A program made the translations under genes and the position numbers. Positions 46,882-51,356 of a stretch of DNA of 51,356 nt are shown here, piece by piece. Origin of the DNA: a virus (lineage: Duplodnaviria > Caudoviricetes); the IMG/VR virus record IMGVR_UViG_3300046060_000001, positions 1 through 51,356 of that record; one strand, written 5' to 3'. How positions within the stretch are numbered: position 1 is the stretch's first letter; each line of letters begins with the position of its first letter. Below the pieces are notes generated by a model. The model was not told the origin of the DNA, made no database searches, and saw nothing but the letters and a program-made list of their open reading frames with translations.

Positions 46882-47966
46882 GCTCTAACCTCCATTGGAA
46901 TCTTGAAGCAACTCAAATCGTCCCTTAGACTTTCGAATAAATCTTCGTATTGCTCAGAAATTTGCTGAGCTGAATAGTTATCCACTACAGCCTCCTGTTG
47001 CTTTCTAGCTATCGAGTTTCGGTACTCCCGGTTATTGAGTATTGAGCGTATTTCTTCTGCCCACTCCATAGGGTCATCTGGATTGCACTCTACTGATTTG
47101 AAGTACGGATATGCGTCTGACCAGGACAGGTTGGAAGTTATCGTTGGTACTCCTGCTACTGCCGCTTCCAATACGGTTTGAGGGCAGTTCTCGGTCCAAC
47201 TCGGATGACAATGGACTGCGAGTTTGGAATAGAAGTCCTTCATTGGTTCATCTACGAATCCTTTGTATTCTAAACCGAAATTAGGAGCCATCTGTGTGAT
47301 TATCGCTTCCATGTTCCTAACTATCTCCCCGTTCGCCTTTCCAGCGATTCTCAAGAGAGGCTCGGTAGTGTTATCTATCTCCCTGATTGCCGATACCGCC
47401 TCGACTATCGTAAACTGGTTTTTGACCTTTCCAACGCGTCCAATACACCCAACATCTTTACCATCGTTTTTCTTCGGGGGGACAGTAGAAGATGTATCTA
47501 TAGCCGTCGGTATCCAAGACATCCTATCGTCCATGACTCCATAGCTTTTCATTTCGTTCTCGGCCCTGTGACTGGACATTATCAAGTGATCCAGCTCGTG
47601 TATATACTCAGCTATCCCCGCTATCTCTCCCACGTGTTCCGAGGACAGTAGCAAGTGCTCCTTGAGGTTAGCTCCCATGCGGCCCACAGTGATCGTGTGA
47701 GGTTGAATGTTCGGAAGTGCATCCCTTACTACATCGTTGCTACTATGGAATAACACGATATCGGGGTTTAGTTTCATCAATGTACCTTCGAGGGACTTGG
47801 TCGGGTGAATCACCCCGTTGGCGTCCGTTATATATCTATCCTCGAATTGGAGGTCCGTGATGTTCGCAGCCACTTTATGGATTTCCTCGTCTATATGCTG
47901 CTCCATTATTCGAGTCTGAGCAGCGACCCCCGTTCCATGTGCGTCAGTCACCCAACAAACTGTCAT
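46878..47966 (-). CDS. GT4-like glycosyltransferase
   Basis: IGRVGKVKNQ, PSWTENCPQTVLEAAVAGVP. Confidence 0.88.
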   Translation of the reverse strand: MTVCWVTDAHGTGVAAQTRIMEQHIDEEIHKVAANITDLQFEDRYITDANGVIHPTKSLEGTLMKLNPDIVLFHSSNDVVRDALPNIQPHTITVGRMGANLKEHLLLSSEHVGEIAGIAEYIHELDHLIMSSHRAENEMKSYGVMDDRMSWIPTAIDTSSTVPPKKNDGKDVGCIGRVGKVKNQFTIVEAVSAIREIDNTTEPLLRIAGKANGEIVRNMEAIITQMAPNFGLEYKGFVDEPMKDFYSKLAVHCHPSWTENCPQTVLEAAVAGVPTITSNLSWSDAYPYFKSVECNPDDPMEWAEEIRSILNNREYRNSIARKQQEAVVDNYSAQQISEQYEDLFESLRDDLSCFKIPMEVRA

Positions 47967-48011
47967 ATAATTCAGTATGAAAAGCCGGTCAGATAAATCT
48001 TTATAATCTTG

Positions 48012-48308
48012 TTATTTTATATCCTCCTCGACTATCGTAGAGCCGCAGTCCGGACAGAACGTCACCTTAGCGAAATCCTTTCCTCTTCTTTCGAGCCTGA
48101 TATCGGGCCAAGCTCCACAGCAAAAGCTTTCCTCGTGTTCTATGTGCGATACAGTCATACTCATAGCTTGGGGGACGATAGTGTCGAGTCTCCGTAGCTC
48201 GCTCTCTATTTTCTCGTAGTCAACATCTTCCGTTTGAAACTGGTTCAAGCAGCGTTGCGAGAGGACCGTGAGTTCTCTTATTTTCTCCTCTAGGTCCTCT
48301 TCCTCCAT
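48012..48308 (-). CDS. Hypothetical protein with C-terminal Zn finger
   Basis: CC...FCPDCG. Confidence 0.65.
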   Translation of the reverse strand: MEEEDLEEKIRELTVLSQRCLNQFQTEDVDYEKIESELRRLDTIVPQAMSMTVSHIEHEESFCCGAWPDIRLERRGKDFAKVTFCPDCGSTIVEEDIK

Positions 48309-48435
48309 AGCTAACGTAGGAGTTGCAAAAATTTAGATATTTGGGTTCATGAATGACGAGTTCTTCTCTCGTAGTACGTCTTTACGTTATGTCAAAAATA
48401 GGCGAGTTGTCTGAAGGAGTTCATTTCATCTAGAA

Positions 48436-48451
48436 GGGGCCATGGTCGGAT
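48436..48451. repeat. 16-bp direct repeat, copy 1 (GGGGCCATGGTCGGAT)
   Basis: Identical copy at 49137-49152. Confidence 0.85.
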
Positions 48452-48556
48452 TACACATTCAAACGGTTGTGCTGGAGTGCTACGGAAGCTACGAAAGGCT
48501 ACGTGTGGGGACAGGAGTGAGAGTATGGCAACAGATGAGCCGAGAGCAGTCTTCGG

Positions 48557-48712
48557 TCACTTTTTCGCGGCTGCATCGAAAATTCCGCAGTTCTCGAAGG
48601 CCAGCCCTTTCGAGGCGTCCTTCTCGCAGTACTTGCACCTGCCGTCTACCACCACGTGGGGACCGATGACACGTTTGCCGGTGTCGCTTCTCGCGTTGAA
48701 CCTCTTAGGCAT
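48557..48712 (-). CDS. 51-aa putative Zn-finger microprotein (not in ORF track)
   Basis: MPKRFNARSDTGKRVIGPHVVVDGRCKYCEKDASKGLAFENCGIFDAAAKK. Confidence 0.6.
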   Translation of the reverse strand: MPKRFNARSDTGKRVIGPHVVVDGRCKYCEKDASKGLAFENCGIFDAAAKK

Positions 48713-48754
48713 TGCTCAACAAGCGGACGGAGGGATATCCATCCGGCTTGCCAC

Positions 48755-48887
48755 GGGATACGGCAGTAGGGTGCCAGCCGAAGCAGGTGTCAAACCTACA
48801 GTACGGTGCTAGCGCGTTCGTCGTGTGAGTCGGGGAACGTAGGCTAGACTGTCCCAGATGCAAGCGTTGCCCATCTAGCCGTATCCC
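48755..48887 (-). ncRNA. Candidate four-way-junction structured RNA
   Basis: Perfect 10-bp closing stem GGGAUACGGC/GCCGUAUCCC enclosing three hairpins, one with a C(UUCG)G loop. Confidence 0.6.
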
Positions 48888-48892
48888 CCGAG

Positions 48893-48952
48893 TGAGTCCG
48901 TGCGGATTCGAACCGCGAGCCGCTAAACGCTCTACCATTGAGCTACGGACCC
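48893..48952 (-). ncRNA. tRNA-like element lacking the anticodon arm (60 nt)
   Basis: GGGUCCG UA GCUC AAUGGUA GAGC GUUUAGCGGCU CGCGG UUCGAAU CCGCA CGGACUC A: acceptor, D and T arms present, only 11 nt between D and T arms, no encoded CCA. Confidence 0.8.
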
Positions 48953-49136
48953 TAAATGTACGATTATTTCGCTCCTTCACATTTCATCCCTACTTTACGT
49001 TTAATTACGGAAGGATTTAGTAATTTTGGTTCTTGGAATCTCACTAAGGTGTTCGGTTCACGTGGGGTTAGGTCTACTATACACACGTTCATACTGGAGT
49101 GTGACAGGGGGTACAATCGATTCCATTCCATGCCGT

Positions 49137-49152
49137 GGGGCCATGGTCGGAT
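49137..49152. repeat. 16-bp direct repeat, copy 2
   Basis: Identical to 48436-48451. Confidence 0.85.
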
Positions 49153-49207
49153 AGTACGAACTCCCGGTTAGAAACAGTTTCGTTAGTCTTCGTTCCGTGG
49201 GTATGGA

Positions 49208-49501
49208 TCACTCATCGTCAGATTTCTCACGAGCGTATCTTCCCTGTTGAGCAGCTTGTTGAATTCCGGGCATTAGATACTCAGCGGTACACTTAGCGCA
49301 AAGTTCGACACTATAACCAGAAAACGGCCACTCGACTTTGTGCGTAGGCTCTTCGCCTTTCGGATGCCCATCGTCTCGGCCAGCATCGTGTCCAAGTGTT
49401 ACCGTGTCGCTCGTGTACGGTCGATTAAGACAGATTGAGATGTCCGTCGGTCTCCCGCCGTAGAACTCGTCGCAACCGTCACAGCGAAAAGCTTCACTCA
49501 T
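49208..49501 (-). CDS. Zn-finger hypothetical protein
   Basis: CDGC...LCAKC. Confidence 0.65.
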   Translation of the reverse strand: MSEAFRCDGCDEFYGGRPTDISICLNRPYTSDTVTLGHDAGRDDGHPKGEEPTHKVEWPFSGYSVELCAKCTAEYLMPGIQQAAQQGRYAREKSDDE

Positions 49502-49509
49502 GAACTTCC

Positions 49510-49944
49510 CTATGACTCGACTACCTTTCGGAGGTCTCGTGACGGGATGTCATCAGCCTGTTCCAACGTCTGAATCCATACGTCCGTACTGAGGTCGGAC
49601 GGAAGCGCCTTCATCGCCCTATAGACATCCACCAGGGACAGTTGGACGTTAACCTGGAACTCTCCGGTACCGTCTGCTAGTGCCTTCAGTTGTGGGTCAT
49701 CGACCGCTTTGGCACCGGAGACCGTCATTGGGCTCTCGAACTGCTTTCGTCTCCATTCGATGAGGTCCTCGTACTTCCGGAGAACGTACTGGATGTTGTG
49801 GTCCTCCAAGTCGTTCTCGCGGGCGACTTCTGCCTTCGCTCCGAATTCATCGATCTCGCCGGGATTGAGTCTGGCGACCGCGTCTATTGCTCGTTGAACC
49901 GTCCGATTCCGCGAATCGTATAAGGCCTGTTTGTCCTGGGCCAT
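49510..49944 (-). CDS. Hypothetical protein, possible HTH
   Basis: KAEVARE......IQYVL pattern; TATA box upstream. Confidence 0.6.
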   Translation of the reverse strand: MAQDKQALYDSRNRTVQRAIDAVARLNPGEIDEFGAKAEVARENDLEDHNIQYVLRKYEDLIEWRRKQFESPMTVSGAKAVDDPQLKALADGTGEFQVNVQLSLVDVYRAMKALPSDLSTDVWIQTLEQADDIPSRDLRKVVES

Positions 49945-50099
49945 ACAAGTCGAATTTGGGGTTTTATATATTTATGTTCTTTGATTCGTAGAGTTCGTCT
50001 CTCGGAGTTGAGCAATCATATGGGCACCGTCTTCTGGAAAAGTGTAGCCGTTCTCTCGGATTCCATATGTGTCCGTGTAGTATGTATCGGATGCCGCAT

Positions 50100-50273
50100 T
50101 CAATCGTTTGAGGACGAGAATGAGACCACAGAGCACTCATCGTTCAAGCACCAATAGTGATTCCCGTTCAATACTTCGCCACCCTCTGCCTCCTCCCTAC
50201 AGTAAGGACATCGGTCGTCCGCGTCCCGAGGGTCCTCGTCGTGTGTTTTGGCGATTCGTGATTTTTCAATCAT
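50100..50273 (-). CDS. 57-aa Zn-finger microprotein (not in ORF track)
   Basis: MIEKSRIAKTHDEDPRDADDRCPYCREEAEGGEVLNGNHYWCLNDECSVVSFSSSND. Confidence 0.65.
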   Translation of the reverse strand: MIEKSRIAKTHDEDPRDADDRCPYCREEAEGGEVLNGNHYWCLNDECSVVSFSSSND

Positions 50274-50329
50274 CGTGTCTCGTCGTCGGCTTCAGGGGAC
50301 GGAGTGGCGTGTTTGAGTCCATGTTCCTA

Positions 50330-50446
50330 ACTATGTTTCAAAGAAGGTAATCTCTTGTGTGACAGGTTACTATGTTTCAACGAATATAAGTTCTCATATG
50401 GCAAATGATTATATTTCAACATAGATAATCTCTCGTATATCAATCC
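50330..50446. repeat. Three imperfect tandem 39-bp repeats
   Basis: TAT(G/A)TTTCAA cores at 50332, 50371 and 50410, each followed by TAA and TCTC. Confidence 0.8.
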
Positions 50447-50673
50447 ATGCCTGCAGGCTCTCTTGGTGCGTCATCGACGAGGTGTCCGACATCGACGTAC
50501 TCCCTGCCGCCCAACTTCTCCATGGGTCGGTAGTCGTCGAACGTGTGAGGGCCGCCATCTCGATTGCCAATGAACCCTATCTTCTGTGTTTCCTCTATTG
50601 CGCCGTACTCCGAGAGGTCTACTTCGGTCTGCTCCGGTGTTGCCACTAAGCCCTTCGCCCTGTTATCTTCCAT
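50440..50673 (-). CDS. Hypothetical protein
   Basis: Acidic part from ATG 50673, with TATA-rich sequence at 50695-50712 upstream. Confidence 0.6.
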   Translation of the reverse strand: MEDNRAKGLVATPEQTEVDLSEYGAIEETQKIGFIGNRDGGPHTFDDYRPMEKLGGREYVDVGHLVDDAPREPAGMD

Positions 50674-51242
50674 ATACGGAGTTATGGAGCCAAAAGTATA
50701 AATTTTTATATCAAATCGCGCCCCATAGGCTTTCGTTCCGCGTTTTCCCCGTATTCCATGTCCAAGGTGGGGGAGCCATGCCATATTATATGGCGTAAAG
50801 TAAAGTTTACGGAGAACAATCTTTCGCTTAGAAACGCAAGGACAAGGCAACATGTGATGACGGATATCAAGTTTTCGGTATATCAATCTTACGCTATACA
50901 TCTCGGGGGAGGGGGTGCTACTTGCTAAGTGGGGCTCCTCGAATCACACACCGACACACGCACTTGAGACCACGCCCCGGGGGTCACACCCACACGCACG
51001 CGTACCTCCACTGCCACTACTGACACCTACACCGTTCGCACCTGTGAGTCGCGGTCCGGTTCCAGTGCCACACACAGCTACTGCTAGTGCCAACGCCACG
51101 ACCGAGTGCTGTCTGACCCCCTCCGCTGCTGCGTTACGAGAGTGCTGCTATACCAGCGGTGCCGCCGCTATCGGGGTACGCTGCTCTACCTGCTACTACT
51201 GGCTGCTGACGCTCCAGCGCTCTGCGGGGCGAGCCCCACACT

Positions 51243-51356
51243 CCCCTCAGCGACCCACGCCGGCCATACCAGCTGAGCGCAGTGACCCACCGCTCGCCGT
51301 ACCCCTCAGCGACCCACGCCGGCCATACCAGCTGAGCGCAGTGACCCACCGCTCGC
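51243..51356. repeat. 59-bp tandem repeat, second copy cut at 55 bp by the window end
   Basis: 51243-51297 is identical to 51302-51356. Confidence 0.9.

Noticed and set aside
48840-48892. HDV-like/theta ribozyme after the tRNA-like element
   Set aside because: UGGGCAAC...UGGGAC looks reminiscent, but I could not build the P1/P2/P3 nested pseudoknot on either strand
48893-48952. Canonical tRNA or tmRNA
   Set aside because: No anticodon stem-loop, so no identity can be assigned; it has a full D stem and lacks the G3-U70 pair and tag-reading-frame layout of tmRNA
48705-48980. 91-aa minus-strand ORF over the RNA elements
   Set aside because: Basic, atypical composition for this acidic proteome; overlaps the tRNA-like and structured elements
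50330-50446. Mini-CRISPR array (GTTTCAA / TTGAAAC resembles repeat ends)
   Set aside because: The 39-bp period is too short for repeat plus spacer, and the intervening sequences resemble each other instead of being unique spacers
368-50798. All plus-strand ORFs in the track
   Set aside because: They are mostly antisense shadows of acidic minus-strand genes (Ser/Leu/Phe-rich, no motifs); none has independent support
51134-51349. 71-aa ORF in the terminal repeat region
   Set aside because: Arises from GC-rich repeats; composition unlike the real genes

Overview
This window is most of the genome of a tailed haloarchaeal virus (Caudoviricetes, siphovirus-type; no sheath gene seen). Proteins are strongly acidic, GC is roughly 50% by eye, and every credible gene is on the minus strand. 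Right to left (transcription order): (i) a repeat-rich end region, small Zn-finger genes and an anticodon-less tRNA-like element next to a structured RNA (48.3-51.4 kb); (ii) a glycosyltransferase/AlkP/methyltransferase operon, a DenV-like glycosylase and small hypotheticals (40.9-48 kb); (iii) a complete morphogenesis module (TerS/TerL, portal, metzincin, MuF, protease-scaffold, capsid, neck, tail tube, frameshifted chaperones, tape measure, repeat adhesin, small membrane proteins; 16-40.7 kb); (iv) a rich replication/recombination module (ERCC4, Hjc, RadA, NDT, SSB-like, Sak4-like, free-standing endonuclease, PCNA, fused primase, RFC-S, Cas4-like nuclease, PolB with mini-intein, DUF6884-TGT-like fusion, RFC-L; 1-16 kb). 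The best candidates for undescribed biology are: a shared C-terminal PIP-like [S/T]-[A/V]-x-[D/G]-G-W tail on PolB, a Zn-ribbon protein and the TGT/DpdA-like enzyme, suggesting clamp-coupled DNA base modification; and a 60-nt tRNA-like element with no anticodon arm directly 5' of a four-way-junction RNA. All family calls come from motif recognition by eye; no searches were run.
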